A stretch of DNA of 64,000 bases. Source: Gemmatimonadales bacterium (lineage in GTDB: Bacteria; Gemmatimonadota; Gemmatimonadetes; Gemmatimonadales; GWC2-71-9). The DNA lies in NCBI GenBank assembly GCA_048499805.1, contig JASNZF010000001.1, forward strand, positions 303,551 through 367,550, written 5' to 3'. The position numbers were made by a program, and so were the translations under genes. This document shows positions 27,780 through 35,635 of the stretch, in pieces. The notes under the pieces are model-generated. The model was not told where the DNA came from and made no database searches. It saw nothing but the letters and a program-made list of their open reading frames with translations. Numbering within the stretch: position 1 is the stretch's first letter; the number at the start of each line of letters is the position of its first letter.

Positions 27780-28550
27780 ATGTCTTCCGATCCCCTCCTC
27801 GGCCGCTTTGCCTGGCATGAACTCCGGACCACCGATCGCGCGGTGGCTGAGGGCTTCTACCCCCGGCTCCTCCCCTGGTCCACCGCGCCCTGGGAGGATC
27901 CCTCCTACCAGCTCTGGATGAGTGGGGATGCCCCCGTGGGTGGGCTCATGCAGCTGACCGACGAGATGGTCCAGGCCGGGCTCCCACCGGCCTGGGTGAC
28001 GTTCATGGCCACCCCGGATTGCGACGCCTCTGCCGCCAAGGTGACCGCGCTCGGCGGACAGGTCTACCAGGCGCCCTGGGACATCCCGAACATCGGGCGG
28101 ATTGCCATGGTGGCGGACCCGCAGGGAGCGGAGTTCGGTCTCTACACCCCGCTGGAGGTCGATCCGGGGCTCGATGCCGCTCCAGTACCCGGCCAGTTCT
28201 CCTGGCACGAGCTCAACACCACCGACCCTGCCGCGGCACTGGCGTTCTATCCGGCGCTGTTGGGATGGGACGTGATGGGGGACTTCGACATGGGCCCGAT
28301 GGGCACCTATCACCTGCTGGGATATGGCGGGGTCCAGCGGATCGGCATCACCCCGAAGCCCGAGGGTGTGCCGGCCCCGCTCTGGCTTCCCTACGCGATG
28401 GTGCCCGACGCCGATGCGGCCTTCGCGACCGCCACCGCGCACGGCGCCACGACGCTGGTTCCCCCGATGGAGGTGCCGGGTGGCGATCGCATCAGCGTGA
28501 TGCTGGACCCGCTGGGAGTGATGTTTGCGGTGCACGCGCTGAAGGAGTGA
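27780..28550 (+). CDS. Two-domain VOC/glyoxalase family protein
   Basis: FAWHELRT...DIPNIGRIAMVADPQGAEFGL and FSWHELNT...LDPLGVMFAV, a duplicated VOC fold. Confidence 0.9.
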   Translation: MSSDPLLGRFAWHELRTTDRAVAEGFYPRLLPWSTAPWEDPSYQLWMSGDAPVGGLMQLTDEMVQAGLPPAWVTFMATPDCDASAAKVTALGGQVYQAPWDIPNIGRIAMVADPQGAEFGLYTPLEVDPGLDAAPVPGQFSWHELNTTDPAAALAFYPALLGWDVMGDFDMGPMGTYHLLGYGGVQRIGITPKPEGVPAPLWLPYAMVPDADAAFATATAHGATTLVPPMEVPGGDRISVMLDPLGVMFAVHALKE

Positions 28551-28732
28551 GAAGCGAGAAGGGAGAAGGGAGAAGCGGGAAGGGGAAGGGGAAGGGGCAA
28601 GCAGAAGGTAGCCGGTGCTCGTCCAGTCTCCTGCGTCCCTCCCTCCCCCCTCTCCCTCCACCCTCTCCCTCTCACCTCTCACCTCTTACCTCTTACCTCT
28701 CACCCCTCACTTCCTGCTTCTCCCTTCTCCCT
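28551..28732. repeat. Purine-rich then pyrimidine-rich heptamer/hexamer tandem repeats between convergent genes
   Basis: GAAGCGA GAAGGGA GAAGGGA GAAGCGG (GAAGGG)x3, followed by CCTCTCA/CCTCTTA x5 and CTTCTCC x2. Confidence 0.85.
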
Positions 28733-29263
28733 CCCCAGCCAAGCCGGCCCCTGCCGCAGCACCCGCTCATACACCGGGCATTCCTGGTGGTGCGCTCCTG
28801 GCAGTATGCCAATGCTCATCAGGAACTCGCCGACGATCTCTCCCCCGGTGAACCGGAAGGTCTGCTTGAACAGCGCCACCCAGCCCGGCTTGTCGCGGGG
28901 GTGATGCGCCATGAGCCAGCCATGGAACCCCCCGTGGTTCTTGCCCATTCCCACGATCACCGCCGCGTTGTGGATCGCGGCCTCGATCTTGAGGCGGTTC
29001 CGGATGATCCCGGCATCGGCCATCAGGCGCGCCCGCTGGCGCGACCCGTAGCGCGCCACCACCCGCGGGTCGAAGCCGTCGTACGCCCGGCGGAACGCCT
29101 CCCGCTTCTTGAGGATCGTCAGCCAGGACAGCCCCGCCTGGTTGATCTCCAGTACCAGGCGCTCGAAGAGCTCGGCGTCCCCGCTGAGCGGGAACCCGTA
29201 CTCATGGTCATGGTACGGGCCATGCCACTCGTGCCCCGGGGCGATGTCGCAGTAGCTCGGCAT
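28700..29263 (-). CDS. tag: DNA-3-methyladenine glycosylase I
   Basis: YHDHEYG, LFERLVLEINQAGLSWLTILKKREAFRRAY, GIIRNRLKIEAAIHNA, FRFTGGEIVGEFLMSIG and HHQEC. Confidence 0.94.
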   Translation of the reverse strand: MPSYCDIAPGHEWHGPYHDHEYGFPLSGDAELFERLVLEINQAGLSWLTILKKREAFRRAYDGFDPRVVARYGSRQRARLMADAGIIRNRLKIEAAIHNAAVIVGMGKNHGGFHGWLMAHHPRDKPGWVALFKQTFRFTGGEIVGEFLMSIGILPGAHHQECPVYERVLRQGPAWLGREKGEAGSEG

Positions 29264-29271
29264 GCTGGAAG

Positions 29272-30501
29272 CTAGAAGGGAGGAGTGAGAAGGGAGAAGC
29301 CGGCTGTCCCTCTGGACCGCTGGCGGGGTGCTGTCGCCCGCGCCTGGTCATGCTGCTCGCTGCTCCCTTCTCGCTGCTCCCTTTGGATGGCATCCACGGC
29401 CCGCTGCACCACCACCTCCCGGGTCGGGGGTGGCTGCCACAGGTCGAGCTGCAGGTTGGCCTCGATGAGGTGGTCCACCGTCACGGTGACCGTGCGCACG
29501 GCCACCCGCCGGGCCAGCGCCCGGTCCAGCAGCTGGCGCGCCGCGCTCCACAGCTCCAGGTCGAGGGTGGATTCGGGCAGTGTCGTGGCGTGGCTGGCCG
29601 TCGTGTGGTCGGCATGCTCCACCGCCACGGCAATTCGCCGGGCGGCCAGGGTGCGCCGGCGGAGGCGACTGCCGAGCTGCTCGGCCAGGCGCCGCAGCAG
29701 CGGATGCAGGACCGCCCGGTCATTGGTGTCGGTGGCCAGGGTGTGGTTGGCGCGGAACTCGGCCCGGACCTCGGGCGGGAGCACGGGACGAGGATCCACG
29801 CCACGCGCCTGTTGCCGAAGCAGGACCCCGCGTCGGCCGAACACGGCGCAGAGGTCGGCCTCGCGGATCACGGCCACCTCCCCCACCCGACAGAGGTGGT
29901 ACTCGTCGAGCCGGGTCCGGATGTCGGTCGGGAGGTCGGGCAGGACTTCGAGCACCTGTGGCGCCAGGAACCTCGCCTCCTCACCCCGCCGGACCTCGAT
30001 GAGCGGCGACGGCGCCGCCAGCCGACCGACCCGGGTGGCCGCCTCGCTCACCAGCTTGTTCACCGCCACCCCGACCGTCAGGGGGAGCCGCATGCGGGTC
30101 CTGGCCTCGCGCGTGATCCGGGCGGCCACGTCCACCGCCGGGCCAAAGAGCCGGGTGGTGCCGGTCAGGTCCAGGAAGGCGTGGCCATAGCCGTGCGGCT
30201 CAATGACCGGGGCGTAGACCCGGAGGACCTCGTGCAGGGCGCGCGAGGCGCGCGAGTACAGCCGGGGATTGGGAGGCAGCAACAGCAGGTCGGGGCATCG
30301 CTTGCGGGCCAGTCGCACGGCCATGCCTCGCTCGAGGCCGGCTGCGCGGGCCTCCGGGGAGAGGGCCAGAATCGTGGCCCGGTCTGCACCCGGTGCGGCG
30401 ACCGCCACCGGGCGGCCGCGCAGTGCCGGCGCCACCAGTGCCTCGACGGTGGTGCAGAAGGCCGGGGGGTCGATGTAGAGGATGGATCGGGTCATATCCA
30501 T
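29272..30501 (-). CDS. Y-family DNA polymerase homolog, catalytically degenerate (DinB/ImuB-like)
   Basis: YIDPPAFCTTVE, RGRPVAV, LSPEARAAG, GVAVNKLV and a clamp-binding-like QLDLW. The SIDE catalytic motif reads GYGH. The start may be 30495. Confidence 0.85.
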   Translation of the reverse strand: MDMTRSILYIDPPAFCTTVEALVAPALRGRPVAVAAPGADRATILALSPEARAAGLERGMAVRLARKRCPDLLLLPPNPRLYSRASRALHEVLRVYAPVIEPHGYGHAFLDLTGTTRLFGPAVDVAARITREARTRMRLPLTVGVAVNKLVSEAATRVGRLAAPSPLIEVRRGEEARFLAPQVLEVLPDLPTDIRTRLDEYHLCRVGEVAVIREADLCAVFGRRGVLLRQQARGVDPRPVLPPEVRAEFRANHTLATDTNDRAVLHPLLRRLAEQLGSRLRRRTLAARRIAVAVEHADHTTASHATTLPESTLDLELWSAARQLLDRALARRVAVRTVTVTVDHLIEANLQLDLWQPPPTREVVVQRAVDAIQREQREGSSEQHDQARATAPRQRSRGTAGFSLLTPPF

Positions 30502-30503
30502 GA

Positions 30504-30520
30504 CTTCGGTGTTTGTTCGG
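30504..30520. promoter_or_regulatory. Candidate LexA (SOS) box at the promoter of the Y-family polymerase
   Basis: CTTCGGTGTTTGTTCGG, i.e. CTTC-N7-GTTC, differing at one base from the site at 34905-34921. Confidence 0.65.
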
Positions 30521-30523
30521 TAA

Positions 30524-30551
30524 AATATACCGGGTTCAGGGCCAGCGACAA
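30524..30551 (-). promoter_or_regulatory. Sigma70-type promoter for the polymerase-tag unit
   Basis: Minus strand TTGTCG (30551-30546), N16, TATATT (30529-30524). Confidence 0.5.
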
Positions 30552-30602
30552 CCCAGACGGTTCGAACTGAAACGAAAGTGGGAGTGTCAGCGTATATCCA
30601 TT

Positions 30603-33338
30603 GTGGATATAGATCGAGGCTCCACCTCCCTTCCAGAACGCGGCTACCGGCTCCTGCTCCGCCTCTACCCCAGGCGGTTCCGGGAGGAAGCCGAACCCGA
30701 ACTGATCGCCACCTTCCGGGACGGATGGCGGGAGACCGCCGGAGCCGGACGGCTGGCGCAGGCCCGATACCTCAGGCTGATCCTGGCCGACCTCAGTCGC
30801 ACCCTGGTACTGGAATGGACGCCGTCCTGGCGCCAGCCGCCGACCGGACAGTTGTGGGCCGGCAGTGGAATCTCCCCCGCAAGGAGCAACTCCCGCGTGG
30901 ATACCCTCTGGCAGGATCTCCGCTATGCCCTGCGCACCTTGCGGGCGTCGCCCCTGGCCACGGTGGTGGCCGCAGTGACGATCGCGATCGGGGTGGGGGC
31001 GACGACCACGATATTCAGTGTGGCCAACGCCCTGCTGCTGCGCACCCCGCCGGGGATCGTGGCGCCCCGCGACCTGGTGACGGTGCACGCCGTGAGTCCC
31101 GATGGCTCGAGCTTCCATGCCTTCTCCCATCGCGGATTTGAGCATCTCCGGGAAGCCGGCGGCGGTTTGCAGGATCTGGCGGCGTGGAGCACCGCCCCTG
31201 CGGTGATCGCGACCGATGGCGACCCGGAACTGCTGGTCGGCATGGGGGTGAGCGCCAACTATTTCAGCCTGCTTGGGGCGCGGCCGGTCCAGGGCCGTCT
31301 CCTGGTGCCCGAGGATGACGCCGGAATCGCGGGGCCCCGGGTGGTGGTGTTGAGCCACGCGGCCTGGCAGCGTCGTTTCGCGGGGGATCCCTCGCTGGTG
31401 GGTCAGGTGATCAACCTCAACGGTGAACCGTTCACGGTGGTGGGGGTGGCCGAGCCGGGATTTCAGGGGCATGTGGTGGCGGTGGACGTGGCGGCCTGGA
31501 TTCCGATCGGGGTCGGCCTGCCCCCCGAACGCGCGCCGGAGCTGGCCAATCCACGTGCCAGTTGGATCGAGCTGCTGGGGCGCCTGGCGCCGGGTACCAC
31601 GCCGGCCCAGGCTGCCGCGGCGCTGACCACCGTCCAGGCCCAGTTCATGGCGGGGGTGGGATTCGAGGGCCAGCGTGGGGTGGATGTGCGTCGGTACGCC
31701 CCGGTGCCGGCGCCAGCGCTGTTGCCGGTGGCGGGATTCCTGGGGATGCTGGTGATCCTGACCGGCCTGATCCTGCTGATCGCCAGCGCCAACGTGGCCA
31801 ACATGCTGCTGGCGCGCGCTGCGGGGCGGGGGCGCGAGATCGCGGTGCGGCTGGCGCTGGGTGCCAGCCGGACTCGACTGGTGCGGCAGCTCCTGACCGA
31901 GAGCATGCTGCTGTTCGCGTTCGGCGGCGCCAGCGGGATCCTCGTCGCCGTCTGGCTCACCGGGGTGTTGAGCCAGGTGCGTCCTCCCATACCGGTTCCC
32001 ATCCTCCTGGACTTCTCAGTCGACCTGCCAGTGCTGCTGGCCGCCCTCGCCCTGACCCTGCTGACCGGGATCACCTTTGGTCTGGCGCCGGCGCTGCAAT
32101 CCACCCGGCCCGACCTGACCCGGTCGCTCAAGGATGAACCGGGGCTGGTCCGGGTGGGCCGACATCGGATCCGGGGTGCCTTCGTGGTGGCGCAGGTGGC
32201 TGCGACCACCCTGCTGCTGGTGGTGGCCGGGCTCTTCATCCGCACCTTGGGGCGCGCCGCCTCCATGGAGCTGGGGTTCGAGGTGGCTGGACTCCACGCG
32301 GTCATGTCCGACCTCCGCGTGCAACGGTACACGCCCGAGCAGACCCTGGCCTTCATCGAGGAGGTCCAGCGGCAGGCCGCCGAGCTCCCCGGGGTTACCT
32401 CGGCCGGCGCGATCGATATCCTGCCCCTCAACATGTCCAACCAGACGTCGGTACTGGCCATCGAGGGCCGCGATCCGGTCGAGGGCGTGGGCCGCTTCGA
32501 GACCGACTTCGCCCGGGCCACGCCGGGGTACCTGGGCACCATCGGCATTCCGATCGTCCGAGGTCGAGGGCTGGCCCCCACCGACCGGGACGGTGGGCCG
32601 GCCGTGGCGGTGATCAACGAGGCCCTGGCCCGGAGGGTATGGCCCGGCGAGGACCCCGTGGGGAAACTGATGCAGTTCGGGTCCTTCACCGAGGGCACCC
32701 TCACCGAGGTGGTCGGGGTGGCTCGCGACAGCAAGTACCGAAGCCTGGGTGACCGGAACCGGCCCATGGTGTATCTCGCAGCGGCACAGCAGGCCCCGCG
32801 GGACATGGCCCTGCTGGTGCGCACGGCGCCGGGCGGGCCGGATCCGGCCCCCGCACTCCGTGCCCTGGTTCGCCAACTCGATCCTGATCTTCCCCTGCTC
32901 ATCAATCGACCGTACCGGGAGGTAATCGGCATTTCGCTGCTTCCCAACCGGATTGCCACCCTCGTGGCAGGTGTCTTTGGCGTCACCGGCCTGGTGCTGG
33001 CCACCGTGGGGCTCTACGGGGTGCTCGCCTTTACCGTGCAGCGCCGCCGCCGCGAGATCGGGGTCCGCATGGCGCTCGGCGCTGGCAATGCCCGGATCCG
33101 TCGGCTGGTGCTCCGCGATGGGATGCGGCTGACGGGAATCGGACTCCTGGTGGGCCTTGCCACCGCGGCGCTGGTGGGCCAGCTGCTGGGTGGTCTGCTC
33201 TTGGGCCTCAGTCCGCTCGACCCGGTGACCTATCTCGGCATTGCTGCCCTGATGCTGACCACCGCCTTGCTGGCATGCCTTGAACCGGTGCGCCGCGCCC
33301 TGCGGACCACGCCGGTGGAGGTGCTGCGCCATGACTGA
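30603..33338 (+). CDS. ADOP-type duplicated MacB/FtsX-like ABC permease with an N-terminal prefix domain
   Basis: RGYRLLLRLYPRRFREE, WQDLRYALRTL, IASANVANMLLAR, EIAVRLALGA and RRREIGVRMALGA. Start (GTG 30603) is uncertain. Confidence 0.92.
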   Translation: MDIDRGSTSLPERGYRLLLRLYPRRFREEAEPELIATFRDGWRETAGAGRLAQARYLRLILADLSRTLVLEWTPSWRQPPTGQLWAGSGISPARSNSRVDTLWQDLRYALRTLRASPLATVVAAVTIAIGVGATTTIFSVANALLLRTPPGIVAPRDLVTVHAVSPDGSSFHAFSHRGFEHLREAGGGLQDLAAWSTAPAVIATDGDPELLVGMGVSANYFSLLGARPVQGRLLVPEDDAGIAGPRVVVLSHAAWQRRFAGDPSLVGQVINLNGEPFTVVGVAEPGFQGHVVAVDVAAWIPIGVGLPPERAPELANPRASWIELLGRLAPGTTPAQAAAALTTVQAQFMAGVGFEGQRGVDVRRYAPVPAPALLPVAGFLGMLVILTGLILLIASANVANMLLARAAGRGREIAVRLALGASRTRLVRQLLTESMLLFAFGGASGILVAVWLTGVLSQVRPPIPVPILLDFSVDLPVLLAALALTLLTGITFGLAPALQSTRPDLTRSLKDEPGLVRVGRHRIRGAFVVAQVAATTLLLVVAGLFIRTLGRAASMELGFEVAGLHAVMSDLRVQRYTPEQTLAFIEEVQRQAAELPGVTSAGAIDILPLNMSNQTSVLAIEGRDPVEGVGRFETDFARATPGYLGTIGIPIVRGRGLAPTDRDGGPAVAVINEALARRVWPGEDPVGKLMQFGSFTEGTLTEVVGVARDSKYRSLGDRNRPMVYLAAAQQAPRDMALLVRTAPGGPDPAPALRALVRQLDPDLPLLINRPYREVIGISLLPNRIATLVAGVFGVTGLVLATVGLYGVLAFTVQRRRREIGVRMALGAGNARIRRLVLRDGMRLTGIGLLVGLATAALVGQLLGGLLLGLSPLDPVTYLGIAALMLTTALLACLEPVRRALRTTPVEVLRHD

Positions 33339-33678
33339 AGAGGCCGCCGGGCTGCCGATGTCGCCCCGGGTCTTTGCCATTCTCCTCCTGCTGGCCCGGG
33401 AGCCGTGCCATGGTTATCGGCTCATGCAGGACCTGCGCGCGGGAATCGCCGGTGAATCGTGGGTGGTGGGTCCGGCCACCCTCTATCGCACCCTGCGCGA
33501 CCTGGAGCTGCGTGGTTGGATCCGGGGCAAGGATGGTCAAGCCGGTTCGAGCGGCGGCCCACCCCGGCGGGAGTACCGGTTGACAGACGCCGGGCGAAAG
33601 GTGGCCAGCGCCGAGGTGGCCCGGATGACCCGGCTGGTTGGGGTGGCGGTGCGCCAGCAGCTGGTGACACCAGGCTGA
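33331..33678 (+). CDS. PadR family transcriptional regulator
   Basis: FAILLLLAREPCHGYRLM...GPATLYRTLRDLELRGWI...RREYRLTDAG. ATG 33331 overlaps the permease stop. Confidence 0.9.
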   Translation: MTEEAAGLPMSPRVFAILLLLAREPCHGYRLMQDLRAGIAGESWVVGPATLYRTLRDLELRGWIRGKDGQAGSSGGPPRREYRLTDAGRKVASAEVARMTRLVGVAVRQQLVTPG

Positions 33679-33690
33679 ACGGGGCCGCGG

Positions 33691-34740
33691 CTACTCCGAA
33701 GGGCCGACGGCCGGATCCTCTCCCACGATGGCGGCCATCCTCCGGCGCAGTGCGTCCTGGTACGGGCGCCCCAGGTGCTGGCGGTGGCGATATCCTGCGG
33801 TGTACCGATCGACCAGTTCGGGAAACTCCTCCGCCAGGAGCGGGAGGAACCGGGCGCGGGCCGCCGGGTTGAGCCGGAGCGCCGACTCACGAACCCAGCG
33901 GGCTCCCGCCGCCCGCGCCGCCCGGACCAGCGCGGCCAATTGTTCCTTCGCGTCGGTGATGCCCGGCAGCACCGGCGCCAGCATCAGGCCGGTCGGGATA
34001 CCGGCATCGGCCAGGACCCGAAGCGCCCGGAGCCGGGCCCGGGGGGTTGGGGTGCGGGCTTCAAGACGCCGGAGCAGCGCCGGATCCAGCGCTGAGAGGG
34101 AGATGTGCACTGAGAGCCGGTGCTGCCGGCTCAACTGTGCCAGGAGATCCCGGTCACGGGCCACCAGCGGGGACTTCGTGATGATGCCAATGTGTAGCCC
34201 CTGGTAGCCCGCCAGCACCTCGAGGATCCCCCGGGTGACCCGGAATCGCCGCTCGGCGGGCTGATAGGGGTCGGTGGCGGTCCCGATGACCAGGGGGAGC
34301 CCACCGAGACGTGAGGGGTCCAAGGTGCGAGCCAGCACCCGTGGGGCGTCGCGCTTGACCAGGATCTGGGATTCAAAGGGGGGGCGGGAAGCAAGGGTGG
34401 CGCGACGACCGTTCGACGCAGGAGAGGTTGGCGACCAACACCGTGACGCCGCCCGATCCCCACGCACACCCAAGCTTGCACCCATACTAACCTCATTGGC
34501 CGCCGCACGCCTCTCCAGGGCCCAGCGATGGGTATCCCGGGCATAGCAGTAGCTGCAGCCGAACTCGCAGCCAATAAAGGGGTTAAGTGACCAGAACTGC
34601 ATCCCGGTGGTGGCCGGCGGATTGAGCACCCGGCCGGTCGGGAGGCCCACGAAGGCGGTTCCCCGCCCCCGCTCCTCCAGCAGCGGCCAGGGCGGGGGGC
34701 CCTCCTCCAGCGTCAACCGGAACTGGGGGTCCTGACTCAC
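33691..34740 (-). CDS. Radical SAM protein, spore photoproduct lyase-like (Rv2578c/PA0069-type)
   Basis: LNPFIGCEFGCSYCYAR (CxxxCxxC), IGTATDPYQPAERRFRVTR, IITKSPLVARD, RRLEARTPTP and APVLPGITD. Start reassigned to GTG 34740, which overlaps the upstream stop. Confidence 0.92.
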   Translation of the reverse strand: MSQDPQFRLTLEEGPPPWPLLEERGRGTAFVGLPTGRVLNPPATTGMQFWSLNPFIGCEFGCSYCYARDTHRWALERRAAANEVSMGASLGVRGDRAASRCWSPTSPASNGRRATLASRPPFESQILVKRDAPRVLARTLDPSRLGGLPLVIGTATDPYQPAERRFRVTRGILEVLAGYQGLHIGIITKSPLVARDRDLLAQLSRQHRLSVHISLSALDPALLRRLEARTPTPRARLRALRVLADAGIPTGLMLAPVLPGITDAKEQLAALVRAARAAGARWVRESALRLNPAARARFLPLLAEEFPELVDRYTAGYRHRQHLGRPYQDALRRRMAAIVGEDPAVGPSE

Positions 34741-34889
34741 CCGCAGCGCCCCCAGCCACAGCAAAGACAGTGGAGGCACCCGGAGTTGCGCGCCACCGGG
34801 CCGGCGCACTCCGGGCAGACCCGGATCAGCGGGGCGGTCAGGGGATTGGGGCTGGAACTGCTCGATTCGCTCGGTGTCCGCGGTTCCAT
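34737..34889 (-). CDS. 50-aa Zn-ribbon protein resembling the C-terminal Zn finger of class II ribonucleotide reductases
   Basis: GAAGGAAGG then ATG 34889. MEPRTPSESSSSSPNPLTAPLIRVCPECAGPVARNSGCLHCLCCGWGRCG. GTGA overlap with the radical SAM gene. Confidence 0.7.
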   Translation of the reverse strand: MEPRTPSESSSSSPNPLTAPLIRVCPECAGPVARNSGCLHCLCCGWGRCG

Positions 34890-34904
34890 CGTGCACCGGC
34901 CTTC

Positions 34905-34948
34905 CTTCGGTGTATGTTCGGCTTGACGTAACCGAAGATACACCGAAG
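34905..34948. promoter_or_regulatory. Two inverted candidate LexA boxes
   Basis: CTTCGGTGTATGTTCGG (34905-34921) and CCGAAGATACACCGAAG (34932-34948) form a 17-bp inverted repeat with one mismatch. Each site is CTTC-N7-(G/C)TTC. Confidence 0.68.
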
Positions 34949-34964
34949 CTGGTGCCGGTGTCAA
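34935..34964 (-). promoter_or_regulatory. Sigma70 promoter for the Zn-ribbon/radical SAM operon
   Basis: Minus strand TTGACA (34964-34959), N18, TATCTT (34940-34935). The -10 lies inside the second box. Confidence 0.65.
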
Positions 34965-35029
34965 TGATGGCGGTTTCTTTGGGTTCCAGTCCGCCAGGGC
35001 CGGAGCCGACCCGACTTCAGGAGGCGCGC

Positions 35030-35479
35030 ATGACCGGGAATCAACCGATCCAGAATGGCAGGGCGGAGCCGTTCCTCGGCAACCTCCACCGAAGTGTCGG
35101 GGTGGCCGCCCTGATCCTGTTCATCGGCACCGGGGCCTGGATGCACTTCCGCTACGACCATCTCCGCGGGATGACTGACGCCACCCGCCTGCTCTTTCGC
35201 TCCACCCACATCTACCTGCTCCTCGCCGCCTTGCTCAATGTGGCGATGGGCCTGGGATACCGGGCAGCGCCAGGGGGCTGGCCAGCGGTACTCCAGCGGA
35301 TCGGGTCGGCGCTGCTCCTGCTCACCCCCCTGCTGTTTCTTGCCGGCTTCCTCAGCGAGCCCTGGCTCGGCGACCTCCAGCGCCCCTGGTCTCGACCCGG
35401 CATCTATGCCTGCCTGGCCGGCGTACTGCTGCACCTGATCGCACAGGGATTGGGACGAGAATCCCCAGGGGCCGACTGA
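35030..35479 (+). CDS. Hypothetical membrane protein (about 4 TM)
   Basis: AGGAGG then ATG 35030. Hydrophobic helices with several His residues (LHRSVG, WMHF, THIY, LLHL). Confidence 0.7.
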   Translation: MTGNQPIQNGRAEPFLGNLHRSVGVAALILFIGTGAWMHFRYDHLRGMTDATRLLFRSTHIYLLLAALLNVAMGLGYRAAPGGWPAVLQRIGSALLLLTPLLFLAGFLSEPWLGDLQRPWSRPGIYACLAGVLLHLIAQGLGRESPGAD

Positions 35480-35497
35480 CCCCAAGCGGTGAGACTT

Positions 35498-35625
35498 CCC
35501 CCACCCCCCACCCCCCACTCCCCCTCACCCAGCCACCGCCCCCAGCCCCCAGTCCCCAGTCCCCAGTCCCCAGCCCCGACACCCGATACCCGATACCTAT
35601 TCCCTATTCCCCACTCCTCCCCAAT
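35498..35625. repeat. C-rich heptamer tandem array (G-rich on the minus strand)
   Basis: CCCCCAC x3, CCCCAGT x3 (35547-35567), CCCCAGC, ACCCGAT x2 and CCTATTC x2. Confidence 0.85.
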
Positions 35626-35635
35626 CTTCCCTCTC

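Noticed and set aside
24785-27832. 1015-aa minus-strand ORF
   Set aside because: Antisense to four well-supported plus-strand genes.
34741-34896. Longer start for the radical SAM gene (MHDGTADTE...)
   Set aside because: No SD, and the region is better explained by the Cys-rich 50-aa ORF with an SD and GTGA coupling.
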